Virus record (IMG/VR): IMGVR_UViG_3300027668_000008
Location: 186,001-250,000 of that record
Strand: one strand, 5' to 3'
DNA length: 64,000 nt
Both the position numbers and the translations under genes were made by a program. The notes beneath the pieces were generated by a model. The model was given only the letters and a program-made list of their open reading frames with translations. It made no database searches and was not told the DNA's origin. Shown here in pieces: positions 18,801 to 28,200 of this stretch; the stretch's first letter is position 1, and every line of letters starts with the position of its first letter.

Positions 18801-19053
18801 GTAGTGCAGTACCTGATGTACTTTTGTAGAATGAAGGTTCACCGAACGTTGTTACAAGTTCTCTTTGTGATCCTATTAAATAAGTTTTTTCTGCATTTAT
18901 TTTTGCAGTTCCACTAGCAACTCCTGTGCTAGTCGGGTCGTTTTTATTCGTTGCTGTTGCAATAACCAACATAGGCACAGTACCTACTGCCGTACTGGCA
19001 TACTGTGATTCGTCGACTATTTTAACTTCAATACCTGGTGATACAAGCGCCAT
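15877..19053 (-). CDS. gp18: Contractile tail sheath protein
   Basis: MALVSPGIEV start, PWFAPAGTRRG, LDRINVSRL, FEPND and PVKAVEYIYI motifs. Confidence 0.97.
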   Translation of the reverse strand: MALVSPGIEVKIVDESQYASTAVGTVPMLVIATATNKNDPTSTGVASGTAKINAEKTYLIGSQRELVTTFGEPSFYKSTSGTALHGYEQNEYGLMSAYSLLGASNRAYIVRADVDLGELTGQSGRPTAKPVNGTHWLDTAKTKFGIFEWNATTQTFTNKVPTVITDSTKISSNVPLASIGKAGDYAIDASTNNNTVSVRTASGWKALGTTNWHTAIPTVQGTASGGTVSNGDSITINGTTVTTTSTTYAQTVADINAASITGVTAALVNSKIEIYGQSTAASNAIVIANVSGTLLTDIGVTAATYYVISVLQQPHTSIPEWKTADATSAPTGSVWIKTTTPNNGAKFDVSAYSTTLAKFVAKAVNVYRGDRHALYGLDSVGGGLNIDVGTVYAHAFTNSSGFTLYKLYERKVKGSTVVTGTATAPTFVVGDAFTITSSAKGVNTVTGYTVTATGTTASDIVNDINTVNIPYVTASLASTGAITLTHSLGGVMILANTNNTPLATAGFTTANTYLREGATAGNLVASNFQQLVYTAGSIEPSTNPATGRLWFHNVTDEMDIMIHNGTTWKGYQNVSTDARGFDLSTTSPNGPLVSATEPTQQSDKSALVYGDLWVDTSDLENFPIIKRWEQVSGTDKFVTIDNTDQTSEDGILFADARYMGNATTDVVSGDITTTKSLLTNDYTDLDVPLAANYPRGMLMFNMRRSSYNVKEFKKDFFNSTNFPGKVLPTEKDAWVSKAGLQNDGSPFMGRQAVRQVVVAAMKSALDTSSELREEQRNFNVMAAPGYPELIANMVSLNNDRRNTAFVIGDTPMRLAANSTDIQNWATNAKLATDNNDDGMVTADTYLGVFYPSGITTDLNGNSIVVPSSHMMLRTMIRSDDASYPWFAPAGTRRGIVDNATGLGYIDVATGEFTSVGVRESLRDTLYENSINPITFLPGNGVLNYGNKTKTATASALDRINVSRLTAYIRERLAVITKPFVFEPNDKLTRDEVKQVVEQLMNDLVAKRGLYDYLVVCDETNNTNDRIDRNELYIDIAIEPVKAVEYIYIPVRIQNTGSI

Positions 19054-19186
19054 ATTTTTTACCTCGCAAAATTATTTTATTTGTAATTCGTTTTAATTCG
19101 TTTACAACTTTGTTATTGTATTTAGTAAAAAACTACAAAAAGGTCTATTTTGTAACCAGGAATAGCGTCACCTTTAAAGAGCGGTA

Positions 19187-19194
19187 TATAAATA
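19187..19194 (+). promoter_or_regulatory. Late promoter TATAAATA, divergent from the sheath promoter (19119-19126)
   Basis: Exact T4 late consensus. Confidence 0.75.
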
Positions 19195-19199
19195 CTTGT

Positions 19200-19547
19200 A
19201 TGAAAACTAGACCCATATGTGTTAAATGCAAGAAGAAGTCTGCCGCCATAAATTATAAAAAGGGCGAAAAGGTGTATTACCGCAGAATGTGTGATACTTG
19301 CAACCGTAACTTTGTAAGAAAACCCAAACTAACAGTCTGGGCTAAAGCAGGTTATAAAAAGAAAAGTAGTTGTGAGAACTGTGGATTTAAAGCAAAGTAC
19401 TATGATCAATTAGAAGTATACTTCATAGATGGTAACTTAATTAATATTAAGCATAGTAATCTTAAATCTGTTTGTTTGAATTGTTTAATTGAATTAGGAC
19501 ACTCAGGGTGGAATTCTAAGAAAGGCGATCTAATACCAGACGTTTAA
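19200..19547 (+). CDS. Zn-finger / degenerate HNH-like protein
   Basis: Four CxxC pairs and IDGN...N...NL..VCLNC; start moved to ATG 19200, just after the promoter. Confidence 0.7.
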   Translation: MKTRPICVKCKKKSAAINYKKGEKVYYRRMCDTCNRNFVRKPKLTVWAKAGYKKKSSCENCGFKAKYYDQLEVYFIDGNLINIKHSNLKSVCLNCLIELGHSGWNSKKGDLIPDV

Positions 19548-20148
19548 GGTCTTCCAACGTTGAATTGTTTTCTATAACAATATCAAAATCTTTATCATCA
19601 CTTACCCAACGCCATTCGCTTTGATGTACTTCAGGGAACACTATATTCATAGAATGAACTTCTTGCAAGTCATCTATATGTTGATTAACACTTATAGCAG
19701 TGGTCCACCATAACGGCTTTTCGCCTCTTCGTACTTGCCAAACTTCGCCTTTTAACTCTTTAATTACGTTAATTTCGTTTGGAAAACGTACATCAGGTAT
19801 TACAAAATTCTGTGTCGGATTGTTTAAAATCTTTTGTTTAACTAAACTTACCCATACACCATCAAAGAAGCCTTCTCTCATACAATCTGTTCCAAACAGT
19901 TGTAATACTAGTCTAGGTGTAATTTCTTTGCCAGTTTCAGATGACCAAAAATCGTCTTGCTTTTCTCTCCAGTCTCTACTATTTTTAGTATCACCTTCAA
20001 GCATTTTACGATCCCAATTGAATATTGTTGCTACCCCGTCTTTAAGTGCATCAGCGAAACTTATTTTTTTAAAGTCGTGCTCTGCTATTAATGTGTCGGC
20101 AACTGTTCCTTTACCAGACCCGATAAGTCCGCATATTCCAATAATCAT
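19516..20148 (-). CDS. gp1: Deoxynucleoside monophosphate kinase
   Basis: GLIGSGKGT, SFADALK, PRLVLQLFGT, DVRFPNE and HQSE motifs. Confidence 0.92.
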   Translation of the reverse strand: MIIGICGLIGSGKGTVADTLIAEHDFKKISFADALKDGVATIFNWDRKMLEGDTKNSRDWREKQDDFWSSETGKEITPRLVLQLFGTDCMREGFFDGVWVSLVKQKILNNPTQNFVIPDVRFPNEINVIKELKGEVWQVRRGEKPLWWTTAISVNQHIDDLQEVHSMNIVFPEVHQSEWRWVSDDKDFDIVIENNSTLEDLKRLVLDRLS

Positions 20149-20170
20149 TGTTTACCTTAGTTGTTAATGT

Positions 20171-20920
20171 TTAGCCAATTACCCAAGTCATTGGCATTTG
20201 TCCGTCTACTAAATTATACAGGTCTTGCTCGAGTTTGTCAAGCTCTGTTATTGCTTCTTGTTTTAAAGAGTCGCCATTTAGTGAGGTTCCACCTTGTGGG
20301 CCGGCAATAGTAGCAAATTTGCTTCTTGCTTCACCTAACATATACTTGCAACGTGCAAGTGTATAATCATAAAGCCACGTTTTACAACGCAAATCTGTTA
20401 ATAATGTTACATCTGGTTTTTCATTATACATCCAAAGAAGTATATTTTCACCAGTAGCACGGATTTTTCTAACGATTGTTAGTTTCTTAGATACAGGCTC
20501 AAATGTAAAGTTAATGTATCCACCGAACATTTTGGCTGTTAATTCTTGGTATTGAGCAAACATATCATAACTAGCAAGTCCACCGACTTTGCCTGCTTGT
20601 AGCATATATGTATTCATATATCCTGCTTCAAATGGTTCAAACATTGTACCAGTTGAGGATCCACCTGTGCTTCTACGAAATACTTCTCTTACTGATTGTA
20701 CTTGGTCAGGTAATATGTACTCTTGTTGTTCTTCTACAAGAGATAAAAATCCATAACTTTCTTCAACTGCATTAGAACTTTTTTGTCTATAAACGTCAAA
20801 TGCTTTGTTTAATGCAATTTGGTAGTGGGCAGGATCAAGTTCAACTTCGACCATGCCTCCGCCTAAACTGGCTTTGCAATATTCGAATACTTTACTTTGT
20901 TCTGTCGCTAAATCTGCCAT
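20171..20920 (-). CDS. gp13: Neck protein (head-tail adaptor)
   Basis: LGGGMVEVEL, WLYDYTLA, SKF...GGTSLNG and terminal WVIG motifs. Confidence 0.9.
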   Translation of the reverse strand: MADLATEQSKVFEYCKASLGGGMVEVELDPAHYQIALNKAFDVYRQKSSNAVEESYGFLSLVEEQQEYILPDQVQSVREVFRRSTGGSSTGTMFEPFEAGYMNTYMLQAGKVGGLASYDMFAQYQELTAKMFGGYINFTFEPVSKKLTIVRKIRATGENILLWMYNEKPDVTLLTDLRCKTWLYDYTLARCKYMLGEARSKFATIAGPQGGTSLNGDSLKQEAITELDKLEQDLYNLVDGQMPMTWVIG

Positions 20921-20941
20921 GAATAATTCCTCTTATATACA

Positions 20942-22231
20942 CTATTTAGCAACTTTCAACAGTATTGTTTGATCATTGATTCTGCCATTTAGTTTAGTAT
21001 CCACTGCCTTTATGTCATCTAAGTACTTCCGTAAAAGGATCTTTCCTGCGTGTTTAAACGCCGACAGTTGCTCTTTAGGCTTTCGTAGAGTCTTTTGTAC
21101 ACTAGCATCACTAAACTGTGTAATAGTTGTACCTTTAATACTTAACCCACTACCATCACGTTGTTGCCCTGTGGGGTCAATATTATTAGCAACATACTTT
21201 CCTATTTTACGAGTTTTAGTATTGTAAATCCACAGTTCACTCATCCCAATTACTTCAATAGGGTTAACACTAACTAGTCCAAGCTCTCCAAATTCCTTTA
21301 GATATTTCATCTTACTAACCAATTTCTCTTTTGCTACTGGCTTCTTTTTACGAGGTTTACGTTCTGCTTTACCATGCTCAATCAACATCGAACAAGCCTT
21401 ATCAATTTCTGCATAAATGTCATGCATTTTTTTACGTTGCTTTTTTGGTATTGGTTCGTATGCTTCTAATAACTGGTCATACCATTCATCATCTGTCTTT
21501 ACAGGACCAATTAGTTCTTGCATTTCTGTTAAGTTAGGAGTATAGTGATCCCTAATAATTTTTGCATGAGCAGGTTTTGCCTGTTGCTTTCGAAGTATGC
21601 TTAATGGATTGAACTGTTTCATATCAAACTTTTCTAAGTCGTCTATTGCAACATCTAGAAATTCTTCTATTTCATCAGTTAAGTTCAATGAAGCAATTCG
21701 TAGCCTGTCTTGTATAGTTAATGCAGGTCCGCCATAAAGTTTTTCTTTTTCTTCAATTTGACCGCCCTTTTTAATTAAAATTTCTTTACCTAACGCAACC
21801 ACATCGTCGATTGACTTACGGACAAATATTGTTGGATCTGATTGTCCTCCGATTACGCCTGGTAACGTTTCTAAGTATGCATCGTATTCATCGTGCCACG
21901 TGGGCATACCTTTAAGTAATGCACAACACTGAGCACACGTTGTAATACTCATTCTCCACGACTCACAAGCACTAACGGCTTGTAGATCATCTTTAGTGTA
22001 TCCATTAGCAGTCATCCATATTTTTACTTTCGGTAGTAAATCCTTGGCTTGATAGTAATGATTATAATAAGCAGTTACCCGAGTGCGTTCTCTGTGGTAT
22101 TGCTCAATAGGCCACGATTGCCAATCGTCCCATATAGGCTCTGGACCTGTGTATTGTTCGTCGGCAGACTTAGGTGTTCTCACCTTTGCTGGCTTTTTAC
22201 GTGGTAATTTCACTGATGTTCCTGTTCCCAA
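20942..22231 (-). CDS. Basic hypothetical protein with a sigma70-like promoter
   Basis: 429-aa ORF; TTGACA-N16-TATATT at about 22272-22299. Confidence 0.7.
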   Translation of the reverse strand: MGTGTSVKLPRKKPAKVRTPKSADEQYTGPEPIWDDWQSWPIEQYHRERTRVTAYYNHYYQAKDLLPKVKIWMTANGYTKDDLQAVSACESWRMSITTCAQCCALLKGMPTWHDEYDAYLETLPGVIGGQSDPTIFVRKSIDDVVALGKEILIKKGGQIEEKEKLYGGPALTIQDRLRIASLNLTDEIEEFLDVAIDDLEKFDMKQFNPLSILRKQQAKPAHAKIIRDHYTPNLTEMQELIGPVKTDDEWYDQLLEAYEPIPKKQRKKMHDIYAEIDKACSMLIEHGKAERKPRKKKPVAKEKLVSKMKYLKEFGELGLVSVNPIEVIGMSELWIYNTKTRKIGKYVANNIDPTGQQRDGSGLSIKGTTITQFSDASVQKTLRKPKEQLSAFKHAGKILLRKYLDDIKAVDTKLNGRINDQTILLKVAK

Positions 22232-22343
22232 AATTTGCTCCTGTATGACTTTATATATACAATTAACTTTAAATATACTATCTTTACGCTATTTGTCAAC
22301 CTTTTTCTTTATCTTTCTGCATTTTAGTTAAGAATAGTTTCTA

Positions 22344-22351
22344 TATAAATA
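22344..22351 (+). promoter_or_regulatory. Late promoter TATAAATA for gp14-gp15
   Basis: Exact consensus followed by a GAGG RBS. Confidence 0.75.
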
Positions 22352-22370
22352 CTACAAAGAGGTTACAAAT

Positions 22371-23567
22371 ATGCCAAAACTATCCATGTGGAAGCCTGAG
22401 AAAGGGCAAGACTACAACTTTTTCGACAACAGGGTTCGTGAGATGTTCACCATCGGTGGTACCGGTGTAAACATTCATAAATTCTTAGGAGCCGATACGG
22501 CTAACAACGACGGGAAAGATTCCACTCAGCCTAGTTATGCTACACAAAGTGAGCAAAATATTCAGGATTTATTATTCCTAGAGAACAGAGATAGAAAATA
22601 TGATACGTCTGTTTATGAGATGCGTGGCATATATAATGTTTCAGATATAGATTTTGACCTTACACAATTTGGATTGTTTTTACAAAACGATACATTGTTT
22701 ATTACAGTTCATATGAATGACATGGTAGAAAGTTTAGGTAGAAAACTTATCAACGGTGACGTTATAGAACTACCTCATATGAGAGATTTTTATCCACTAG
22801 ACTCAGAATTACCAGCGGCATTAAGACGCTATTATGTTGTGCAAGATGGTAACAGAGCCGCAGAAGGATTTAGTCCAACGTGGTATCCGCATTTATGGAG
22901 AGTTAAATGTACTCCACTAGTTGACTCACAAGAGTACAGAAGTATATTTGATCAAACTGCTAAAAAACAAGACGGTTCAGATGTTACTGGTGCCGATAAC
23001 AAGTTAAGAGATTTATTAAGTACATACAAGCAAGAGCTTGAAATTAACACTGCCATTATTACCGAAGCAGAAAAAGAGTTACCTAAGAGCGGTTACGACA
23101 CAAGTTCATTTTTTGTTGTACCTACTAATAATGATGGTACTCCCGCTGATCCAGAAGAAGATAGTGCAGATACAACAACAGTTGGAGCAAGTAGTACACT
23201 TGTTACTGCTGACGAAGTTCCTGTTACACCAAGTCAAGAAGGATATGACAGTCCAGGTGGTATGGCAGGTGACGGTATTGCTCCTAACGGGTACCCTGTT
23301 ACTCCAGCAACTGCTTTCCCAAGTGGTGCAGACATTGGAGATTTTGTACTTAGATTAGATTATAAACCAAATCGTTTGTTTAGATATGATGGCAAACGTT
23401 GGGTCAAAGTTGAAGATGCAGTTCGAACAAGTACAACAGGCGGTGCTGGTTCTACGCAGAAAGATGGCTTTGTTAATAATACAAGCACATACACAGACGA
23501 CGACGGTGATGTTAGAAAGTCTAGACAACGTTTAAGTGATGTTCTAACACCGGAAGAGGACAACTAG
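22371..23567 (+). CDS. gp14: Neck protein gp14-like (head closure)
   Basis: DLLFLENRDRKY, LTQFGL and GDVIELPH motifs; precedes gp15. Confidence 0.8.
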   Translation: MPKLSMWKPEKGQDYNFFDNRVREMFTIGGTGVNIHKFLGADTANNDGKDSTQPSYATQSEQNIQDLLFLENRDRKYDTSVYEMRGIYNVSDIDFDLTQFGLFLQNDTLFITVHMNDMVESLGRKLINGDVIELPHMRDFYPLDSELPAALRRYYVVQDGNRAAEGFSPTWYPHLWRVKCTPLVDSQEYRSIFDQTAKKQDGSDVTGADNKLRDLLSTYKQELEINTAIITEAEKELPKSGYDTSSFFVVPTNNDGTPADPEEDSADTTTVGASSTLVTADEVPVTPSQEGYDSPGGMAGDGIAPNGYPVTPATAFPSGADIGDFVLRLDYKPNRLFRYDGKRWVKVEDAVRTSTTGGAGSTQKDGFVNNTSTYTDDDGDVRKSRQRLSDVLTPEEDN

Positions 23568-23568
23568 A

Positions 23569-24969
23569 ATGGCAAGACAGTTTTTTTATGACAATCAGAT
23601 TAGAAGATTCTTACTACAATTTGTAAGATTGTTTAGTAATTTTCAAGTAGAAGTTGGTGCTAAGAATGCCAGTGGTGACAGAGACTTGCTTACAATTCCA
23701 GTAACATACGGCGACATGAGTCGTAACGTTGCCCAAGTAATGAGAGATGCAAGTGAGAACAAAGTATTAAGTGCTCCTCGAATGACTACGCATATACAAA
23801 GTATGACATATAGTAGAGAACGTGTACAAGAGCCTAACTTTGTAGATAAGTTACACGTTAGACAACGAAAATTTAATGACAGTACAAAGACATACAGTCG
23901 TACTCAAGGTAATGCTGTAACTGTTGAAAGACATATGCCTGTTCCTTATGACCTAAGATTAAACTTAGATATTTGGACTACTAACACTGAAATGAAATTA
24001 CAAGTATTAGAACAAATTTTATGTTTGTTTAATCCGAGTTTAGAAATACAAAGTACAGACAACTACGTCGACTGGACTAGTTTAAGTTTAGTACAATTAG
24101 AAAACGTAAACTTTAGTAGTAGAAGTATTCCTGTTGGAACCGAAGACCAAATAGATATTGCAACATTAGAATTTAGTATGCCTATTTGGTTAAGTATGCC
24201 TGCTAATGTTAAGAAGATGGGTGTTATACACAAAATTATTAATAGTGTCTATGATGGAAGTGGAGACTTAGTAAATTCAGTTAGTGATGACAATTTAGTT
24301 ATGGGAACAAGACGTGCTGTTACACCAGGTAATTATGGTGCTGTACTTTTAAATGGTCAAGCAGAACTTGTTGACACAAACGCAGAAAGTACTCGTGACA
24401 CTTTAGATACTACTGTAATTCTTACTGAAAATTTAACAAAACCAAGTTGGAGAGCAGTCTTAGAACAATACGGGCCTATTAATCCAGGTATAACACAGAT
24501 ACGTTTTATACAAGACAATGACGCTGAGGTTGTAGGAACCATTGCATATCACCCAGCAGACCCTCATATCCTCCTTGTAACGGTAGATAGTGACACGATC
24601 CCGGTTAATACACTAACAGCAATTAATTCAATCATACGCCCATCTAAAGCGACAGCGACAAGTGTAGTTAAAACGACAGGTAATCGTTATTTAATTTTAG
24701 AAGATATTGGAAAAACAACATCACCGGCACAAGTAGACGGTCCAGATTTTTGGAAAAGCAATGCAGGTGTAGACTTTGTTGCTAACACAAATGATATTAT
24801 TAAATGGGACGGGGAGAAATGGGTTATAGATTTTGACGCTAGTGCAACCGAAACATTAAGTTATGTTACTAATGCTACAACTGGTATCCAATACAAATGG
24901 ACTGGTACACAATGGCTTAAAAGTTATGAAGGGGAGTATGCTCCTAAAAACTGGAGAGTTGTTATCTAA
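23569..24969 (+). CDS. gp15: Tail sheath stabiliser / terminator with C-terminal extension
   Basis: FFYDNQIRR, PVPYDL and QVLEQILCLFNP motifs. Confidence 0.88.
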   Translation: MARQFFYDNQIRRFLLQFVRLFSNFQVEVGAKNASGDRDLLTIPVTYGDMSRNVAQVMRDASENKVLSAPRMTTHIQSMTYSRERVQEPNFVDKLHVRQRKFNDSTKTYSRTQGNAVTVERHMPVPYDLRLNLDIWTTNTEMKLQVLEQILCLFNPSLEIQSTDNYVDWTSLSLVQLENVNFSSRSIPVGTEDQIDIATLEFSMPIWLSMPANVKKMGVIHKIINSVYDGSGDLVNSVSDDNLVMGTRRAVTPGNYGAVLLNGQAELVDTNAESTRDTLDTTVILTENLTKPSWRAVLEQYGPINPGITQIRFIQDNDAEVVGTIAYHPADPHILLVTVDSDTIPVNTLTAINSIIRPSKATATSVVKTTGNRYLILEDIGKTTSPAQVDGPDFWKSNAGVDFVANTNDIIKWDGEKWVIDFDASATETLSYVTNATTGIQYKWTGTQWLKSYEGEYAPKNWRVVI

Positions 24970-25736
24970 TCGTTCCACTTGTACTTTAACTGAACGCCTA
25001 TATCCATATCACTAATAAAAGTTCTGTAGTCTAAATACTTTACGTTTTTACACCACTTCCAATCGTCTGGAAATGTGTAAGCAGGATTATCATTTACCCA
25101 GTGAAAATTAACATCTTTGTAAGAATCAAATATAACTTTCATGTGTGCAATCCATTTCGCATCTGATGACGGTTCTGTTGATGATGGATAATTTTCTGTA
25201 TCCGCATATACATTATTTGTTAATTCAGGATCTCTTTGATTATCGAACCCAATCAAATATACTTCCTTATGCTTGTCAAAACAAGCCAAATATGTTGCGA
25301 TTGTTCCCGAGTTATAGTAACTAATATTTTGTGGAATTAAATGAAACTTACCCGGGTATTTTACAACATTCTTAGCAGTTGTATATACAATATTATTTTC
25401 ACCAAAGCCTGAGTTGGCTATTTCTTTTGTCATATTATCTAACATAGTGACAGTGAAATCTGGTTTCATATCTCTATATATAGCATTACACCCGTAAGTT
25501 TGACAACGTTTGTTTGCTAACAAGCCTCCACTATGATTTTCAATATACTCTAAGGAAAATTGTTTTCGTACTCTGCTATTACCGTTACCAATTACAACTG
25601 CATAACCACGATGGTCATCATTCATAATCGTTCTGGGTATCCACTCTCGGTCTTCTGTTCTAACACCGTCGGTTAAACTAACATTGTGTATGACAAATTC
25701 GCCTTCGTAGTCGTCTGAGTAAAATGGAAGTTTCAT
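24966..25736 (-). CDS. Maf/DUF115-like (sialyltransferase-like Rossmann) protein
   Basis: VIGNGNSR, YGCNAIYRD.KPD and VYLIGFD motifs. Confidence 0.55.
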   Translation of the reverse strand: MKLPFYSDDYEGEFVIHNVSLTDGVRTEDREWIPRTIMNDDHRGYAVVIGNGNSRVRKQFSLEYIENHSGGLLANKRCQTYGCNAIYRDMKPDFTVTMLDNMTKEIANSGFGENNIVYTTAKNVVKYPGKFHLIPQNISYYNSGTIATYLACFDKHKEVYLIGFDNQRDPELTNNVYADTENYPSSTEPSSDAKWIAHMKVIFDSYKDVNFHWVNDNPAYTFPDDWKWCKNVKYLDYRTFISDMDIGVQLKYKWND

Positions 25737-25763
25737 ATGTTGTTACCTTTATATTAGTAATAT

Positions 25764-26801
25764 TTATATGAAAAGCATTGCTCCGGCAGTTAGTATAACC
25801 AAACTACCCCAAAGCCCGAGTATGGTAGCATAATAACGCAATTTGGTACCAAAGTAAAGCATTCCTATTGCCACGCACTTGTGCATTGGACTAATCAAAT
25901 ATCCTACAAAGTCTACTGCAAAGAACCACGGCAAATATTCTATACCATATATAGTTGCCATAATAACTGTTAATGCACCAAAACGTGAACTACTTCCTAA
26001 TGCAAATGCACCGGCAAAACTAGCCAAACTTAACATAGTAAACCCCCAAAGAGTGTTAATGTCAAGTCCACTTGTTTCTAAAAATGTTTTAATTTGTTCT
26101 GTATTTTCTCTAGCAATATTTGCCGCAATAATGATAAGTGCGACCCAGCCAATTAGTCTAAAATCAACATAGCCTAATAACTTCTTGATGTTAAAAGTCT
26201 TTGTTACAAGTATGTAATAAGCAGTTAAAGATCCAAATACCCACATAAAGTCTAGTCCGGCAATAATACCGCCCACACCTGCAACGTAGGGAAAAACATA
26301 TCTAGTTATTCTACTAACTTTAATTTCTGTTCCGCAGTCACCAATTTCAATATCACTTTCTTTTACACCCCATACCAAGTATGAAATAATAAAAATAAGA
26401 GATACTGCTAACAAGGGCCACATCATTCCCATAAATTGTCCGTATGAGATACCAAACGCCGCCATTGGTAAAATAACTGTTTTCTCTAACGGTGACCAGA
26501 AATAATAATGGTGTGTACTTACATAATCAATAGGACCAAACTTATCTCTACCACAACACCCTTTGTCGGGTGCCATAGTTTCGAGCATTCCTGCACTCAC
26601 TGTAACCCTTCCTTTAATAGGAAGTATGCCTGTTAATGCACTCACTATTGCTACAACAGATTTTTTACTTTTTAAATTTTGTTCAAAGAAACAAAACAGA
26701 TCCTTAAATAATCCATTTTCTTTTACCATACCTGCAATCATCATTACAAATACGATTAAAAATAAATATATTTGACCCTTTAATATTAAGTCAATAATCA
26801 A
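25764..26801 (-). CDS. Polytopic membrane permease (ion-transporter-superfamily-like)
   Basis: About 9-10 hydrophobic segments with WSPLEK and ISPMHKC motifs. Confidence 0.7.
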   Translation of the reverse strand: MIIDLILKGQIYLFLIVFVMMIAGMVKENGLFKDLFCFFEQNLKSKKSVVAIVSALTGILPIKGRVTVSAGMLETMAPDKGCCGRDKFGPIDYVSTHHYYFWSPLEKTVILPMAAFGISYGQFMGMMWPLLAVSLIFIISYLVWGVKESDIEIGDCGTEIKVSRITRYVFPYVAGVGGIIAGLDFMWVFGSLTAYYILVTKTFNIKKLLGYVDFRLIGWVALIIIAANIARENTEQIKTFLETSGLDINTLWGFTMLSLASFAGAFALGSSSRFGALTVIMATIYGIEYLPWFFAVDFVGYLISPMHKCVAIGMLYFGTKLRYYATILGLWGSLVILTAGAMLFI

Positions 26802-27589
26802 TTATTGTTTCCTTTTTGTATCGAAATCTTTAGTTGTTCCGTAAGTTCTGAAGAGTTACCCAACTGTGCTTGTTGATTACTGTTATGTACTATTTGTGCA
26901 GTCCTACGTTCATTGTGTACAAACACATCACTTGCAAGTTCTATTGCTTTAGTTTGGTCTTCATATGTTAACATTGTTAAACTGTCCATGTTTCCAACAC
27001 CTACTTTCCCGTATGCAATCATATCCATAGCCGATTGTTTACCTAAACGTTTAACCCAATAATCTCGTTCAGCCGCTTCTATTTTCTCTGGGTGATCAAA
27101 AATATCAATTAACTTTGATCCATCTTCCAATATGCCATATTCGCTTTCAGATAATTCCTGTATCAAATTTAAATACATTAAACGTTCTTCTCTATGACCT
27201 CTAAGTAATCTTACAAATCCATCACGTTTTGCTTCTGCATAATTTATTTCAATTTGTGCTCTACGTTTTACAAATTCATCATCAGTTTTTTCAATATCGT
27301 GTTTCCACTCATCGATTGTTAATTCAATTTTTGCAAGTTCGTATTCTTGTGAGGTAATAGAATGTTCTCTACCTTGTATTTCCATAAGGTACTGTTTCAT
27401 TGCACCATACGGAGTAATACCAGCCTGTCCAATAAAATGCCTCATTTTAAATTCTGGCATAACAAAGTTTCTGCTTATACTATATCCTACTATATCTGCT
27501 TGTTCTGTTGTTAACTCATCTATGTCAGATTTTAAGTCTTTACCTGTTACTTGCATAGATGATTTTAAACTATCAAACGTTTTGCCCAT
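26798..27589 (-). CDS. Hypothetical coiled-coil protein
   Basis: Helical 263-aa ORF overlapping the permease start. Confidence 0.6.
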   Translation of the reverse strand: MGKTFDSLKSSMQVTGKDLKSDIDELTTEQADIVGYSISRNFVMPEFKMRHFIGQAGITPYGAMKQYLMEIQGREHSITSQEYELAKIELTIDEWKHDIEKTDDEFVKRRAQIEINYAEAKRDGFVRLLRGHREERLMYLNLIQELSESEYGILEDGSKLIDIFDHPEKIEAAERDYWVKRLGKQSAMDMIAYGKVGVGNMDSLTMLTYEDQTKAIELASDVFVHNERRTAQIVHNSNQQAQLGNSSELTEQLKISIQKGNNN

Positions 27590-27594
27590 ATGTG

Positions 27595-28200
27595 TTATCC
27601 TCCAATATATCTAGGTGTTTGAAACCGTATATTAAATGCAACATTTATTCGTTGCATATTACTTTTATTTGTTTCTGTTTCATGTGGCATCCAAGCGGGC
27701 CACAAAATTAATTGTCCATTTGTAGGAGATATACTATATCTACTAGTAAACGGTGCGTGGGGGTGACAACTTTCTGTTAAGTTCATCGGATTGTGCCAAA
27801 CAATATCACCTGTGTCTTTTCCTTGTAAGTAGTAAACTGCTACATAATGATGAAGTCTGTGATCATGTAAGGCATTTTTACTGTCTGGTTCATTTATATT
27901 TGTCCAGTATCCAATATCTGGTGCACCGTAATTTCTAAGTTTTTCATTATACAATGGGTCGGCTTCTGCATATGTTTCTATTGCACTATTACATAACAAG
28001 CGAAGTTCTTCTACTAACCATTGTATATCTGGATAGTTGAATTCGTGTCTCCAGCAACCTCTGTTACTAAAGTTTAATTGCTTTTCATCTGTTTGTTTTT
28101 TTATGTTTTGTGCATATTCAATCATAGAGTTACGTTGTGATTCTGATCCAACATCATCTTTTACGAAAACATCTGCTTGTAATATTTTAAATTTGTTCAT
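27595..28200 (-). CDS. 2OG-Fe(II) oxygenase (phage type)
   Basis: WTNIN, HDH, VYYL, WPAWMPH and RINVAFN motifs. Confidence 0.85.
   Translation of the reverse strand: MNKFKILQADVFVKDDVGSESQRNSMIEYAQNIKKQTDEKQLNFSNRGCWRHEFNYPDIQWLVEELRLLCNSAIETYAEADPLYNEKLRNYGAPDIGYWTNINEPDSKNALHDHRLHHYVAVYYLQGKDTGDIVWHNPMNLTESCHPHAPFTSRYSISPTNGQLILWPAWMPHETETNKSNMQRINVAFNIRFQTPRYIGG

Noticed and set aside
19038-19199. N-terminal extension of the HNH-like ORF in the ORF track
   Set aside because: Overlaps the sheath start and both promoters; ATG 19200 fits better
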